Below are positions 62,901 to 64,000 of a stretch of DNA of 64,000 nt, in pieces (within the stretch, counting starts at the first letter, position 1; every line of letters starts with the position of its first letter). The stretch lies in contig JAQFVV010000006.1 of the NCBI GenBank assembly GCA_028023455.1, positions 15,376,001 through 15,440,000 on the forward strand, written 5' to 3'. Both the position numbers and the translations under genes were made by a program. The notes under the pieces were generated by a model. The model saw only the letters and a program-made list of their open reading frames with translations, was not told where the DNA came from and searched no databases. Source of the DNA: Epiperipatus broadwayi. Taxonomy: Eukaryota > Animalia > Onychophora.

Positions 62901-64000
62901 AATATTTATTTTATATAAAGCGCAGATAGTTAATTGAAATTAAATTGAAAGGCTGTAAACCCTTCACGCTTATTATAGTACTTATCTGACAGCCAATCAG
63001 ATGTTGTGATGGTTGTCTGAATAATGATCAAACCGTAAACACAAAACAGAGAATTTTACAAGAAAAGGGTAATCCTTACTTGTATTTCTATATATCTAAG
63101 CCAGTCTGAAGTATTTAGGTTTGAAAGCATGAAGCTTTAAATATCTTCACATTTAACTCACTGAATCTAAATTACAAACATTCAGCGTGAAATCCTACGA
63201 TTTACTACGCAGTAGTTTTTAGATGTTATAACTTGCAGTAACGTATGTAAATAATATTTATTTTATATAAAGTGTAGATAGTTAATTGAAAGGCTGCAAA
63301 CCTTTCGCGCTTATTATAATACTTCTCTGACAGCCAATCAGATGTGATGGCTGTCTGAATAATGATCAAACTGTAAACACAAGACAGAGAATTTTACAAG
63401 AAAAGGGTGGCCCACCCTTTTCTTTACTTGTTTTTCTATATATCTAAGCCAGTCTGAAGTATTTAGGTTTGAAAGCATGAAGCTTTAAATATCTTTACAT
63501 TTAACTCACTGAGTCTAAATTACAAACATATAGTGCGAAATCCTTCAGACTGACTTAGATATATAGAAAGACAAGGAAAGAAAAGGCTGGACTGCCCTTT
63601 TCTTGTAAAATTCTCTGTCTTGTGTTTACGGTTTAATCATTATTCAGACAGCCATCACAACATCTGATTGGCTGTCAGATAAGTATTATAATAAGCGCGA
63701 AAGGTTTGCAGCCTTTCAATTTAATTTCAATTAACTATCTGCGCTTTATATAAAATAAATATTATTTACATACATTACTGCAAGTTATAACATCTAAAAA
63801 CTACTGCATAGTAAATTGTAGGATTTCGCGCTGTATATTTGTAATTTAGACTCGGTGAGTTAAATGTGAAGATATTTAAAGCTTCACGCTTTCAAACCTA
63901 AGTACTTCAGACTGGCTTAGATATATAGAAAGGCAAGTAAGGACACTCTTTTTTTGTAAAATTCTCTGTCTTGTGTTTATGGTTTGATCATTATTCAGAC
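62901..64000. mobile_element. Family B: ~1.8 tandem units followed by an inverted tandem running out of the window
   Basis: aatatttattttatataaag at 62901 and 63253 (period 352). Inversion from ~63544, with ttcagactg at 63544 and 63906. Confidence 0.85.

Noticed and set aside
63090-63140. Family B CTGAAGT...GAAAGC..GCTT as a hammerhead
   Set aside because: The core reads CTGAAGT or CTTAAGC, not CUGANGA. It sits in the loop of another hairpin, and no stem II separates it from GAAA.
45373-64000. Further SETD1 exons (N-SET/SET)
   Set aside because: Several AG acceptors were checked (e.g. ~54958, ~60903) and give immediate stops; the remaining exons are presumably beyond the window.

Overview
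AT-rich animal genomic DNA, probably arthropod (taxon is inference only). The backbone is the 5' part of a SETD1/Set1 H3K4 methyltransferase gene on the + strand. Four phase-compatible coding exons are present (14275-14406, 28976-29080, 30711-30981, 43334-45372), encoding the [12 protein letters not shown]-terminus, the RRM and a long disordered region. The SET domain must lie beyond the window. A CpG-enriched promoter zone sits at about 12.2-13.9 kb, and there are two candidate exons of an unidentified minus-strand gene at 6973-7198. The introns and flanks are packed with decayed mobile DNA: RTE-type LINE pieces with (TGA)n tails, a GTF2IRD2/SPIN-like hAT relic, hAT MITEs, Merlin-like and piggyBac-like relics, solo-LTR-like pieces and a Helitron-like mini insert. 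The most notable signal is a set of small repeats carrying minimal type-I hammerhead ribozyme motifs, in at least two well-supported families plus weaker ones. These show compensatory base changes and palindromic stem III, and two copies lie in the sense orientation of SETD1 intron 1. They occur alongside Penelope-like (PLE) endonuclease and RT relics and many near-perfect local inverted duplications. All calls are by eye; no searches or folding programs were run.
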